From IMG/VR virus record IMGVR_UViG_3300042698_000029, positions 32,001-96,000 of that record: a stretch of DNA of 64,000 nucleotides; one strand, given 5' to 3'. The notes beneath the pieces are model-generated. The model searched no databases. It saw only the letters and a list, made by a program, of their open reading frames with translations, and was not told where the DNA came from. Of this stretch, positions 47,534-57,078 are shown piece after piece (the first letter of the stretch is position 1; each line of letters opens with the position of its first letter). This DNA comes from a virus. A program made the translations under genes and the position numbers.

Positions 47534-47823
47534 GGCTTGTCGCCCGTCAGGCCGAGCTGCTCGGCCATGCGGTCGAAGACTCCGTCGGGCACCGAGGGGG
47601 TCAGGTTCAGGTCCGGTACGGCCCCGTGGATCCGGCACATCGCCTCGCTGACGGCCCCCTCCAGGGTCTCGGCGTCGATGTTGCAGTGGAATTCAGTGGG
47701 GTGTCCGCCGCCGGTGGCGTAGCCGATGTCGCCGCCCGAGAACGCGTCGCAGCGATCGAAGGCGTTCTCCTCCTCGGGGGTGGTGGGGCGATCCGCGACG
47801 AGGTCAAAGGTCCAAGTCTTCAC
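47530..47823 (-). CDS. Hypothetical protein, antitoxin-like alpha/beta domain
   Basis: MKTWTFDL...IDAETLEGAVSEA; follows a RelE-like gene. Confidence 0.5.
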   Translation of the reverse strand: MKTWTFDLVADRPTTPEEENAFDRCDAFSGGDIGYATGGGHPTEFHCNIDAETLEGAVSEAMCRIHGAVPDLNLTPSVPDGVFDRMAEQLGLTGDKP

Positions 47824-48157
47824 AAGGGGCTCCCGGAATATCGGTTCGGTCGAGGCGGGCCAGGATCAGCTCGCCCAGAGACAGCACGATGATGTACGTC
47901 AGGCGCAGGCCGGAGTCGTCGTCCAAGGTGACCACCCGGCTGTCCCGCGCTCTCAGCCGTTGAGGGTCGTTGAGGTGCCGGGCCGGAAGTCCGATGACAA
48001 GGCGCACGGCGCGGGCGTACTGGTCCGGACTGAGCTCCACCAGGTCCCGGCGGAAGTTCTCCGTGTAGACCAGGTTCAGGTCTCCCGCCACCGGCGTCGG
48101 CAGCGGTTCACGGACGGGTCGGGCCTGTCCGGGACGGAAATGATAGCGGGACGCCAT
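47804..48157 (-). CDS. RelE/ParE-fold-like protein
   Basis: LVYTENFRRDLVELS...LRLTYII...LIL pattern. Confidence 0.5.
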   Translation of the reverse strand: MASRYHFRPGQARPVREPLPTPVAGDLNLVYTENFRRDLVELSPDQYARAVRLVIGLPARHLNDPQRLRARDSRVVTLDDDSGLRLTYIIVLSLGELILARLDRTDIPGAPCEDLDL

Positions 48158-48246
48158 GATGGGGCCTTTCGGGACAATGTGAACGACCCCCTCACCAGCC
48201 CGAAGTCATCCGGTGAGGGGGTCGTTGTCTAGGGGGATGGTACGGG

Positions 48247-48597
48247 TCAGACGAAGGAGGGCTCGTTCTCCTGGGCGGTGGCCGCGTCGTCCGTGCTGTC
48301 GGCGGAACCCTCCTCCGAGGGAGAGACCGCGTCACCCGGGTCCGACTTCTCCTCCGGGATGTCCACCCCGTAGCGCTCCTTGATGTCGCCGACGACCATG
48401 GCCCGGTAGGCCGGGTCGGTGGCCATCTTCTTCAGGTGGTCGCGCTTGTCGGCCCAGAGGGAGGCGACGCTGCGCAGGGAGGTGAAGTTCTTCAGCGGAG
48501 CGTCCATCATCGCGGCGACCATCTCGGCCTTGAACCGCTCGGCGGCGTCGGCGTCGAAGCCTTCGATCTCGTCGTGGAGGGCCTGGACAGTACTCAT
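48247..48597 (-). CDS. Hypothetical protein
   Basis: AAGGAG RBS; followed by terminator at about 48182-48227. Confidence 0.6.
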   Translation of the reverse strand: MSTVQALHDEIEGFDADAAERFKAEMVAAMMDAPLKNFTSLRSVASLWADKRDHLKKMATDPAYRAMVVGDIKERYGVDIPEEKSDPGDAVSPSEEGSADSTDDAATAQENEPSFV

Positions 48598-48750
48598 GGG
48601 TTTCTCCTTCATAGTGTGCCAACAAGGTCGAAGGTCGGGTCTCAGCTCGGAGGGGACATCTTTGCGATCCGTCCCAGTCTTTTCCCTGCTGGTTTCCCCG
48701 TCCTTCTGAGAGAAGCCTACGGGGTGAGCCGAACAGATTTAAGACCTGGC

Positions 48751-49800
48751 TCATGTGACCTGAGTCTCACTATCTTCTGCATCCGCCCGGTCCATGCCCT
48801 CTCCGAGACCATTCTCGATCACGGCCCGGGTCTTGTACTCGTCAAAGGCCCTGAGGTTGTTGCGTGTGACCGCGAACTTCGCGGCCTCGAAGAGCAGCTG
48901 CACCGTGTCGTCGTACCCCGCCGCGTCGCGGGCCACGAGCTTGCCCAGGACGAACGCAGACTTGCCCAGTTGCCAGCTGACTCCCCCGGTGCAGGCCCGG
49001 ACCGCATCGAGCTGCCGGGAGAAGACCTTGTTGACCGTGGCCCGGTCAAAGACCTTCGCGCCGCCCCCGACACCCCGGACGGGCTTCTTCGCCTCTTCGG
49101 TGGGGATGTGCAGCTTCGAGTCCACGAGCAGGGACCGGATCCAGTCCGGCAGCGGGGCCACCGGCACATCAGGTTCCGCCCAGCGGTACACGCCGTCCGG
49201 CCGGATCGTGGGTGCCAGGGTCGTCTGAATCCTGCCGGACTTCACGTCGACCTGCCAGGCCACCTTGCTCGTGGAATCCTGCTGGAAGTCCATGGCGTCG
49301 GGCGCGGTGAACAGGAGCTGGCGTCCGCCGCCCGGGGTGATGGTGACGGCCGTCGAGGAGAAGAGGTCCGGGTGATCGTTGGTGTGGGCCAGCATCATCA
49401 TGACGTCCATCCCGGTACGGGGTGTCAGGAACATGGAGCCCGGCCTGGCCTTCACAGGTTCCTTGGGCGGCACGCCTCCGTGGTCGTCACAGTCCAGGAC
49501 AACGAGGTTCGACGGCCCGCACGCCACGGCAACGCCGTACGGGCGGGTCCACCAGCGATGGATCAGTTCGGGGTCGGAGGTCGCCGCGTACACCCCGTGG
49601 CAGGTCTTCCCCCGGGGGATGCAGGGGCAGTCCTCGGGGCGGTGGGGCTTGCGCATGAAGTGGCCCTCGGGCTGCTTTTTGCAGGCTGGGCAGTTGGGTA
49701 GCGGGCGCTTGCCGTCCTCCGCCGAAAGGGGGAAGACCTTCCATCCTCCGGCCGCGTATCCGAGTGCGGCGCCGAGCAGGGACTGGGTGGTTCGGTCCAT
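48751..49800 (-). CDS. Bifunctional DNA primase/polymerase (Prim-Pol)
   Basis: GWKVFPL, CHGVYAATSDP..I.RWW, ACGPSNLVVLDCD, TPGGGRQL, VDVK. Confidence 0.88.
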   Translation of the reverse strand: MDRTTQSLLGAALGYAAGGWKVFPLSAEDGKRPLPNCPACKKQPEGHFMRKPHRPEDCPCIPRGKTCHGVYAATSDPELIHRWWTRPYGVAVACGPSNLVVLDCDDHGGVPPKEPVKARPGSMFLTPRTGMDVMMMLAHTNDHPDLFSSTAVTITPGGGRQLLFTAPDAMDFQQDSTSKVAWQVDVKSGRIQTTLAPTIRPDGVYRWAEPDVPVAPLPDWIRSLLVDSKLHIPTEEAKKPVRGVGGGAKVFDRATVNKVFSRQLDAVRACTGGVSWQLGKSAFVLGKLVARDAAGYDDTVQLLFEAAKFAVTRNNLRAFDEYKTRAVIENGLGEGMDRADAEDSETQVT

Positions 49801-49978
49801 GGCCGTCTCCGATGTCAGAGACCCGTGTTAAGATCGGGCCTACGAGTTCGCGCAGTGAAAGAACCTCTTGGGTAACCCCCAGGGGGTTCTTTCATGTGCA
49901 GGCTGTACAGATTCTTTCCGGGTAACACGAAGCCCCAGACCACCAGCGACGCGGTCCGGGGCTCCTGGTTCTCGGGTG

Positions 49979-50158
49979 TTACTGGAAGTCGCTGCGCACG
50001 GTCTCGGCGCGGCCGTCCTCCTGGGCCGGTCCCCGGCCAGGATCCATGAAGTCGCCGGACCGCTGACCCCGGGCGATGCGGGTCAGCTCCTCGCGAGTGC
50101 GGACAGGTTCGCCGGGGGAAGGTACGGACGCAGCGGTTTTACTTCGGAACAGTCCCAT
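49979..50158 (-). CDS. Small hypothetical protein (59 aa), absent from the ORF track
   Basis: AGGAG RBS; MGLFRSKTAAS...SDFQ; directly downstream of GntR. Confidence 0.45.
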   Translation of the reverse strand: MGLFRSKTAASVPSPGEPVRTREELTRIARGQRSGDFMDPGRGPAQEDGRAETVRSDFQ

Positions 50159-50170
50159 GATGAAGCGCTC

Positions 50171-50932
50171 CTACTTGTGGGTGATGGTGAACTTGGCGGT
50201 CTTGGCCTGCGTGGTGATGACCACGAAGACCGTCTCGCCGTCCCGGGTCTTCGCCATGCAGAAGGAGCCCATGGCGATCGTTCCGGCGGGGACGCCGAAG
50301 ATCTCGGCCGACTCGGGACCCATCTTGGTGTCGCCGAACTCCGTGGTGTAGTCCTCCACGTCCCACCCGAGCCACTGGCTCATGTTGATCCCCGAGGGCG
50401 GGCTGACGATCGGGTGGCCGACCGGCGTCATCATCGGTGCCATGCCCGAGTAGCCGGGGTCCTGCGGCATGGCCACGGCTCGGTCGTAGGGGAGGACGGT
50501 CACCTTGTGCTGCACCGGGGCGCCGTTGACGCGCTTGACGTAGTGGCGCTCCACGATCTGCGTCCCGTCGGCGATGCCCCACTCGGTGAGGCCGTTCGCT
50601 TCGGAGATGCCGACCTTGTAGAGGGTGGTCTCCTTGACGTCGTTCTCGTCGTCGGTGCTCCACACCGGGAGGGTCCAGTCCGGGGCCGAGTCGAAGGTGC
50701 CCAGGTGGATCTTGGTGGTCTTGGAGCCGATGACCCACGTGCCGGACTTCTTGGAGATGCGCACCAGGCCTCGCAGGGCCAGGGCCTGGTAGGCGGCCGA
50801 CGCCGTCTGGGCGGAGACCCCTTCCTGGGCACCGAGCTCGCGGACGTTCAGGAGCTTCTTGCCGTACTCGTAGCCCTCGGCCCCAGCCGCGATCAGGACC
50901 TCGATCTTCTCTGCGATCTGCTGCGCATCCAT
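50171..50932 (-). CDS. GntR-family repressor with UTRA-like domain (KorSA/TraR-like)
   Basis: LLNVRELGAQEGVSAQTASAAYQALALRGLV...GTWV. Confidence 0.8.
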   Translation of the reverse strand: MDAQQIAEKIEVLIAAGAEGYEYGKKLLNVRELGAQEGVSAQTASAAYQALALRGLVRISKKSGTWVIGSKTTKIHLGTFDSAPDWTLPVWSTDDENDVKETTLYKVGISEANGLTEWGIADGTQIVERHYVKRVNGAPVQHKVTVLPYDRAVAMPQDPGYSGMAPMMTPVGHPIVSPPSGINMSQWLGWDVEDYTTEFGDTKMGPESAEIFGVPAGTIAMGSFCMAKTRDGETVFVVITTQAKTAKFTITHK

Positions 50933-50968
50933 CGTTTCTCCTCGGTTGTGTTCCAACAGGTTACTTCT

Positions 50969-50990
50969 ATCTTGACACGAGGGTCAAGAT
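50969..50990. promoter_or_regulatory. Palindromic operator overlapping a TTGACA -35 element
   Basis: ATCTTGAC-ACGAGG-GTCAAGAT between divergent GntR and CYTH genes. Confidence 0.55.
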
Positions 50991-51047
50991 GAACCAGGGT
51001 GTGGGACATAGCTCACAGCCGTTGAGCAACGTCATGAGGGAGAAGCC

Positions 51048-51512
51048 GTGAACGAGTCCAAGCGCCGCCTCAACGACATCGACAGTCTCCGCCGCGAACT
51101 GGTCGGGGCGGGATGGCGCAAGAGCGGCTTCGCCACCGAAGTCGACCTCTACTACAGGACCGCCGAAGGCAAGCTCGGCCGGGTGCGGACCTGCGGATCT
51201 TTCACTCAGGTAGGCACCGAGGATGGTGACAGCCAGGTCATGAACGTCCCCTTCCAGGTCGAAGCTCTCCGCAAGGCCACCGACGGCTGGTCCACCGAAC
51301 ACCACGCCCGCGTGGAGAAGACCCGGTACTCGTACATCTCGGAGTCCTTCCCTGGAGTCCGCCTCGACATCGACTGCATCCCCGGCACCGGCATGTTCGT
51401 GAAGGTGCGTTCCGAGTTCGACCCCCACGTACTGGACCAGCTGGAGGTCAAGCTCGGCCTGGACCGACTGGAGCCCGTCGAAGCCCCCTACCGGGACCTG
51501 GTCGCGCGGTAG
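51048..51512 (+). CDS. CYTH-fold (class IV adenylate cyclase/triphosphatase-like) protein, degenerate
   Basis: NESKRRLNDIDSLRREL..G, EVDLYY, VEKTRYSY, LDIDCIPGTGMFV, LGL...PYRDL. Confidence 0.65.
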   Translation: MNESKRRLNDIDSLRRELVGAGWRKSGFATEVDLYYRTAEGKLGRVRTCGSFTQVGTEDGDSQVMNVPFQVEALRKATDGWSTEHHARVEKTRYSYISESFPGVRLDIDCIPGTGMFVKVRSEFDPHVLDQLEVKLGLDRLEPVEAPYRDLVAR

Positions 51513-51575
51513 CCGACCCCTCTTGACCGCGAAGCCCCCTCTGTGCCGATGGAGGGGGCTTCGCCATGTTCGGAG

Positions 51576-52346
51576 CTACAGGAGGTCGTCAGTGTCCAGG
51601 ACGTACACCGAGTCCTCTGGGTTACCCGAATCGGAAGTCCCGGGATCCGAGGAGATGCCGATCACGCGGGTCCACCCGCCGTCTCCGTGGAGGACCTTGT
51701 CGTCGTAGCGGTAGTGCATGTGGCCGTGGACGTACACCAGCGGCGTCAGGGCCTGGATGGCGTTGGCCAGGTTACGGGGGTTGGGGATAAGGCCCGGGTC
51801 CGACAGCGGGGGCTTGTCCAGACGAGCGCTCGCGGGACGGTCGTGCGCCACGATGACGGACACCCCGGGAGCGGCGTCGCGGACGGCGGCTTCCATGGCT
51901 TCGGTGGTCATCTCCTCCCCGGGGAACCAGTGAGTCTCCGGCCCGGTGCACTCCTCCCACTGGAGCCGGTACTGCTTGTCCAGGGAGTAGGCACCTCCCA
52001 GGGCGATGAACCGGCGGCCACCCCACGTCCACACCAGGCCGTCGGGGGCCAGGCGCAGGTTCGGACGGACCCGGATGAATCCGTCGGAGTCCAGATCGTG
52101 GCCATGCATGTCGTGAATCAGCTTCACGTTGTCGTGGTTGCCCCTCACCACGGTCATCCGGCGACCGCTGCTGACGAGCATCCTGTTGATTTGGTCGAGG
52201 AACCGTACGCCGCGCCTTTCGTGGGTCCAGAAGCCGAAGTCCCCGACCTGGAGGATTTCCTCGATACCCAGGTCGACGGCCCTTTGGACCACCCATCGCG
52301 AGTGCGTGATGCTGCCGTGCAGGTCCCCAGCGACAAGGATTCGCAT
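51576..52346 (-). CDS. Calcineurin-like metallophosphoesterase
   Basis: GDLHG, VGDFG, RGNHD, AHD, HGHMH. Confidence 0.92.
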   Translation of the reverse strand: MRILVAGDLHGSITHSRWVVQRAVDLGIEEILQVGDFGFWTHERRGVRFLDQINRMLVSSGRRMTVVRGNHDNVKLIHDMHGHDLDSDGFIRVRPNLRLAPDGLVWTWGGRRFIALGGAYSLDKQYRLQWEECTGPETHWFPGEEMTTEAMEAAVRDAAPGVSVIVAHDRPASARLDKPPLSDPGLIPNPRNLANAIQALTPLVYVHGHMHYRYDDKVLHGDGGWTRVIGISSDPGTSDSGNPEDSVYVLDTDDLL

Positions 52347-52482
52347 GCCCGTTCCTTTCCTTCGTAAGGATCACCTTAGCCCGTTGTGAGCTCAGGCCCA
52401 AGGTGGGCGGACAGTGACGCCCACCACACAACGAGGCCCCCGTCACACTGCCTGACGGGGGCCTCGCTTCTACACAGGGTTT

Positions 52483-52695
52483 CTAGACAATTCGGAGAAT
52501 CTCCGTCTTGCCCTCGGAGCCGAGGAGGATCTCCTTGTTCTCCCTCATCGCCTGCTGAAGGTACCGGTAGACGATGAGGGCGCGGTTCACCACGTCGGTC
52601 TGGTTCATCGCGGAGTCGTGGGACTCGTCCTTCATGGCTTTCGCCGCTTTGGGGATCAGGTTGACGGTGACGCGGGTGTTCTGGGAATCAGCCAT
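52483..52695 (-). CDS. Ribbon-helix-helix (CopG-like) regulator
   Basis: RVTVNL...NQTDVVNRAL..Y. Confidence 0.7.
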   Translation of the reverse strand: MADSQNTRVTVNLIPKAAKAMKDESHDSAMNQTDVVNRALIVYRYLQQAMRENKEILLGSEGKTEILRIV

Positions 52696-52727
52696 GCAGC
52701 GAACATACATCAGAAAGCTGTATGTGG

Positions 52728-53141
52728 CTACTCCTTGACGACCACAGAGGAGTCCCCCGCATACACGGGCTCCGCAGGATCGCTCGTGAAGTAGTGGACC
52801 AGGATGACCACACCCGTCAGAGCCGCCGCGATCATCGCCCCCGTCAGCAAGAAGACAGCCAGGAGCAGCAACGCCATCGGATAGAACTTCGAGCTGCGGG
52901 AGCGCCGACCGGTTCGGCCGCCATGCGAACCCGTCTTACGAGTCTCACGGTCCTCCAGAAGCCGGGTCAGCCGGTACTTGCACCGGTCGATCTCGTTGAG
53001 GACGGCTTCGCGAGCCGCGCCGGGGTAGAGCTCGGGCAGGTCGCGCTCCAGCTCGATGATCCGGATGGTCATCCTCTGGATCTCCCGCGTACGCTCCGCC
53101 GGAGTCAGGCCCACCTCGTCGTACCGCTCGTTCTCCACCAC
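52728..53141 (-). CDS. Membrane protein
   Basis: C-terminal hydrophobic hairpin; GGAGG RBS. Confidence 0.6.
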   Translation of the reverse strand: MVENERYDEVGLTPAERTREIQRMTIRIIELERDLPELYPGAAREAVLNEIDRCKYRLTRLLEDRETRKTGSHGGRTGRRSRSSKFYPMALLLLAVFLLTGAMIAAALTGVVILVHYFTSDPAEPVYAGDSSVVVKE

Positions 53142-53272
53142 CTCCGTCCTTTCTCTCCCTTTGCAAGAGACAGTGTGACCTAAATCTCAGAGAAAAACCA
53201 AGCGGGCCCGACCCTTTTCTCAGGGCCGGGCTCACGTTGGTGTCGTGCTTATCCCAGTTTCGGGCGGAATCT

Positions 53273-53908
53273 TCACTGGCCCACGACCGAGTTGATCGTG
53301 CTGCCGGTGGTCTCGGTGACCGTGGACATGAACATCCCCGGCAGACCGCCGCCGATGACCACCAGGCCCGCAATGGCCATGGCGAGGAAGAACTTCGTCT
53401 TGAGTTCGAACCACGGGGCGGCGAACAGGCCGAAGATGGCGAACACGCCGAGGTAGACCGGGTTGATGCCCTGAATCATGGTCATCTGGGCGAGCTTCAT
53501 CGTCATGTCCGTCATCATCTGGGCGGGCTTAGCCCAGAAGGAGTTTCCGTCGATCTCGCGGACCTTCAGGAACAGCCCCATCGCAGCCAGCCCCATGAGG
53601 ATTGTGAGGCCGGTCACCCACTTCGGGGCGTCCTTCGCATCCAGGACACCGTCTCCGTTCACGTCGTCCCAGTTCTCCGGGTTGAACGGGCCGATGGGGG
53701 CACGGGCCCGGATCACCTTACGGCCCCTCGCCTTGGCCTTGGCGTTCCTTTCCGGCAGCTTCTGGACCCGCCGGGGGGAGGTACCGAAGCAGTACATCAT
53801 CACAAAGACGATGGTCAGAGCAGCCCCGGCGAAACCACCGGCGGCTGTGGGGGTGATGGTCGGGGCCAGGTTCCCGGCGGCGAGCGTCTCGTACATGGTC
53901 GTGTTCAC
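53273..53908 (-). CDS. Multi-TM membrane protein (transfer/spread accessory candidate)
   Basis: About four hydrophobic segments; GGAGG RBS; DVNGDGVLD loop. Confidence 0.6.
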   Translation of the reverse strand: MNTTMYETLAAGNLAPTITPTAAGGFAGAALTIVFVMMYCFGTSPRRVQKLPERNAKAKARGRKVIRARAPIGPFNPENWDDVNGDGVLDAKDAPKWVTGLTILMGLAAMGLFLKVREIDGNSFWAKPAQMMTDMTMKLAQMTMIQGINPVYLGVFAIFGLFAAPWFELKTKFFLAMAIAGLVVIGGGLPGMFMSTVTETTGSTINSVVGQ

Positions 53909-54738
53909 AGGGTGCCTCCCGGGGCGCCGAGTTCGATGAGGAAGGTGAGGAAGCCGGAGAGGTATCCGACCAGTGGAACCCGCAGCGCCCACAGGAGCCA
54001 CCGGGTGGAGATGAGTGACCGCCAGTACTCGGCAGTCGCGACCGAGAGGCCGAGGACGATCAGGGCTCCTATCCAGTGACCGACGGATCCGGCCTCCATG
54101 GCCGCCTGAAGGTACTCGCGCATCTGGTACGGGACACCGGTGAAAAAGTCCCAGGTGTGCGGAGTGCCGCCGCCGGTGAGGTAGGTGGCTCGGGGCATGC
54201 CCGGCATCTTCGCCGCGATGTCCGTGGCCACTATGAAGCGGTCGTACGCGGCCACGAGGAAACCCCCGGAGAAGAACCACGCGGTCCCCGTCATGACGAG
54301 GTACTTGAAGGTGTTCTGCTTCGTGAAGCCCTTCGCCCGCTTGAACTGGTGAGAAGCCTGGCGCCGGGCGTCCCTCCGCTCGTCTCGCTCCTCGATCGAA
54401 CCGATGGCCTTCTCGGCCAGTCGCTCCATGAGGCGCTTGTAGCGGAGTTCGACGTCGGACTTGCCCTCGTCCTCTTTCGTGCGCTCCACCGGCTTGGGGG
54501 CCCGCTCGGCTTCCGCGACCTCTGCCGCATCGGCCTGCTTCTTCCACTCCTCGGTCTTCTCCCGAAGCTTCTCCGTGGTGGAGGTCCGGATCTTTCGGAC
54601 ACGGTCGAAGAGCTTCGTCTTCTCCGTCTCGGGGTCGTAGTCGGGTTTCGGGGGAATTGCGAGCGGTGCATTTGAGGGCACCGGGGGAATCGCCCTGATC
54701 TCGGTTTCCGCTTCGAGAGTGGCGGGAGCCTGGTTCAT
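53905..54738 (-). CDS. Membrane protein with charged N-terminus (transfer/spread accessory candidate)
   Basis: AGGAGG RBS; three TM segments. Confidence 0.6.
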   Translation of the reverse strand: MNQAPATLEAETEIRAIPPVPSNAPLAIPPKPDYDPETEKTKLFDRVRKIRTSTTEKLREKTEEWKKQADAAEVAEAERAPKPVERTKEDEGKSDVELRYKRLMERLAEKAIGSIEERDERRDARRQASHQFKRAKGFTKQNTFKYLVMTGTAWFFSGGFLVAAYDRFIVATDIAAKMPGMPRATYLTGGGTPHTWDFFTGVPYQMREYLQAAMEAGSVGHWIGALIVLGLSVATAEYWRSLISTRWLLWALRVPLVGYLSGFLTFLIELGAPGGTL

Positions 54739-54983
54739 GGCTTTCCTCCTTTTCCTCCGAGTTGTAACTGGCTTCAGTGGACGGCTTGTTGCGCTCTGTC
54801 CTGACACCAACAATGCCGCAAAAAAGCCCTCCCGTCTGCGACGGAAGGGTGTGAGGTACGTCTCTTTTCGGGGTAGTCTTCAGACGGGTGAACACAGGGC
54901 TTCCAGCGACGTCTCTGTGCTTTCCTTTCCTTCCGGCGGCCCTCCTCGGTACGTGATCTCCCGAGGAGGGCCGCTCTCCGTTT

Positions 54984-55121
54984 TCAGCGTCCCTGACGAC
55001 GACGGTTGACCTCGCGGATGGCCGCCTGCGACAGCATCGGCCTGCCGCCGTCTCCACGCCGGACCAGGTCCTTGTACAGCTGCCAGTCCTGCTTGGTCCA
55101 GCCGTCGGTGTCCTCCTTCAT
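54984..55121 (-). CDS. Small hypothetical protein (45 aa), absent from the ORF track
   Basis: GGAGGTG RBS; MKEDTDGWTKQDWQLYKDLVRRG... Confidence 0.45.
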   Translation of the reverse strand: MKEDTDGWTKQDWQLYKDLVRRGDGGRPMLSQAAIREVNRRRQGR

Positions 55122-55192
55122 TCCCCTCACCTCCCTCCACGTAGAAGCGCCGCGCCCCGGGGGAGGAGCGCGGCGCCGGAACAGTGCTGAGG

Positions 55193-56404
55193 TCAGTCGG
55201 TGGTCTTGACGAGGACCGACAGCTCGGGGAGCTCGGCCAGGAAGTACTCGACCGGGAAGTCCTTCTTCACCTTGGACATGTCCGAGGAGGGGATGAACCC
55301 CCGTCGCGCCCAGTTGCCCTCACCGTCGAGGATCAGCAGCGCCCAGTCCGGGATGCTCTTGTTCAGGTCGGAGGTGGCGAACAGACGGCGGAAGTCCGCG
55401 TCGGACATGTTGCGGTTCCGCAGCTTGGTCACCCAGTACAGCCGGGCCAGCTCGCGCTTGGCGCGCTGGGTCCGCGTCAGGGCCTTGACCATGGGGGCCT
55501 CCTCCTCAACCGGCAGCTTCACCGTGAGGACACCCTTACCCGCTGTCCCCTCTTCGGGGAGGACGGCCCGACGCTCCTGGCTCGGGTGCATGACAGCCTG
55601 ACGGGTGTTGCCCACCGGACGGAGCGGAAGAACAACGTCCTCTTCCACGTCCGCCTCGATCACCTCTTCCTCACGAACCGGCGCTTCCAGAGCGGGAGCG
55701 GTGTTTCCGAGAGATCCGACGAGGCCCTCGACCTGGCGGGTCATGAGGTCGGCCACCTTCTTGGACGGCGTGTGGCTCAGCACGATCTTCAGGGTCTCGT
55801 CCTGCGCCGCCTCCTCCTTGGGCGTGCGGGCCAGCTGATTGGTGCGCAGCAGGTCGGCCGCCTCGGTCTTGTGCAGCTCGAAGAACTCGACCCGGGCCGC
55901 GTCGTCCAGGCAGGACTTGATGACCTTGAACACCGCCGAGACCGAGGCCGCCGTGGCGACCGGAGCGAGAGCCGCGATGAACGACGCCGCCGACTTCATG
56001 TCAGGGGTGACCAGGACGTTGACCGCGACGGCGGCGACGGTGGCCAGGCCGATCGCCCAGAGGTAGGAGGCCGGGACCTTGTTGCCCCGGAACATCGAGA
56101 GCATCGCCAGGTACGAGAAGACGGCGACGACGCCTTCGGCACCCGCCCAGGCACCGACGGCAGCGATCGGGTCGGAGTGCTGGGACAGGTTGTGCAGGGC
56201 GGCGACGGAACCGGCGCTCGTGAAGCCGAGCGGCAGCATCGCGGTGATCCACCAGCTGGCCGTGCGGAACTCCTTCAGGTTCTCGCGGACGAAGCGGCGG
56301 TTGTGCAGCAGCTCGCGCTCGGTTCCCGGCTCCGGGTAGGGGACGGACACCTTCCGACGCGTCGCTTCCTTCTTGGTGGACGTGGCTTCCTTGGTCTTGA
56401 ACAC
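55193..56404 (-). CDS. SpdB-like spread protein (four TM plus cytoplasmic domain)
   Basis: Four N-terminal TM segments incl. AVAVNVLV...AALAPVA as in Streptomyces spread proteins; divergent from traB. Confidence 0.55.
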   Translation of the reverse strand: MFKTKEATSTKKEATRRKVSVPYPEPGTERELLHNRRFVRENLKEFRTASWWITAMLPLGFTSAGSVAALHNLSQHSDPIAAVGAWAGAEGVVAVFSYLAMLSMFRGNKVPASYLWAIGLATVAAVAVNVLVTPDMKSAASFIAALAPVATAASVSAVFKVIKSCLDDAARVEFFELHKTEAADLLRTNQLARTPKEEAAQDETLKIVLSHTPSKKVADLMTRQVEGLVGSLGNTAPALEAPVREEEVIEADVEEDVVLPLRPVGNTRQAVMHPSQERRAVLPEEGTAGKGVLTVKLPVEEEAPMVKALTRTQRAKRELARLYWVTKLRNRNMSDADFRRLFATSDLNKSIPDWALLILDGEGNWARRGFIPSSDMSKVKKDFPVEYFLAELPELSVLVKTTD

Positions 56405-56447
56405 GATCTTCTCCTTCTGTTCCGGTGGATGCGGAATCCCGCAGTCC

Positions 56448-57012
56448 GGAAGCGGAGCCTGTTCCCCTCTCTCCCCGATCCGCCCTCTTGGTTCTAAGGG
56501 TCTAGTCCGGCGGGAGTGCGACGTGGAACCGGCTGTGCCTTCCGTTTCCTTCTATTGCCATCGTTCACCGCCAGGTGTGGAAGCGCAACGGGGATCGCTT
56601 CCACGGTTTTGGAAGCGTTGGATCCAGAAGGGGTCGAAACCGTGTCTGACCTGCGGAAATGCATGCGAATCGGGGCGAAGTGAAGTGCGTCACATCGGGC
56701 CTTTTCCGGCTCCATCGCGGCTCCTCACGTTCGCGGGTAAGGGGAGAAACGCTCCTCCGAGGATACGGACCGGCCCTCTCCGGTTGCCGTTTGTAAGAGG
56801 ACTGCATGATTCCGCTTCTGCTTCCAAAGCGCTTCCAAGTCAGATGGTCAGACTGGAAGCAGGCGTGTCAGAGCAGAAACGGAAGTGTGCAGTCCTCTTA
56901 TCGCACTTGGAAGCAGGCGTTCGGGAGGCCCGGCGTTGTTAACCGGACTGGTCTGTTCCGCAAGGAATGGGGAGGGTGTTGCCGAGACCCCTCCGGAAGC
57001 ACAACCGGAAGC
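56448..57012. repeat. GGAAGC repeat cluster (clt/TRS or partition-site candidate)
   Basis: GGAAGC at 56448, 56579, 56611, 56855, 56909, 56995, 57007; GCTTCC at 56597, 56820, 56831. Confidence 0.7.
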
Positions 57013-57078
57013 GGATGGAACCCCTCCGTGGACGTGCCGCAGGCGGCCCCGCCCTCGCGACGGCCCTAGGGTCTGCTC

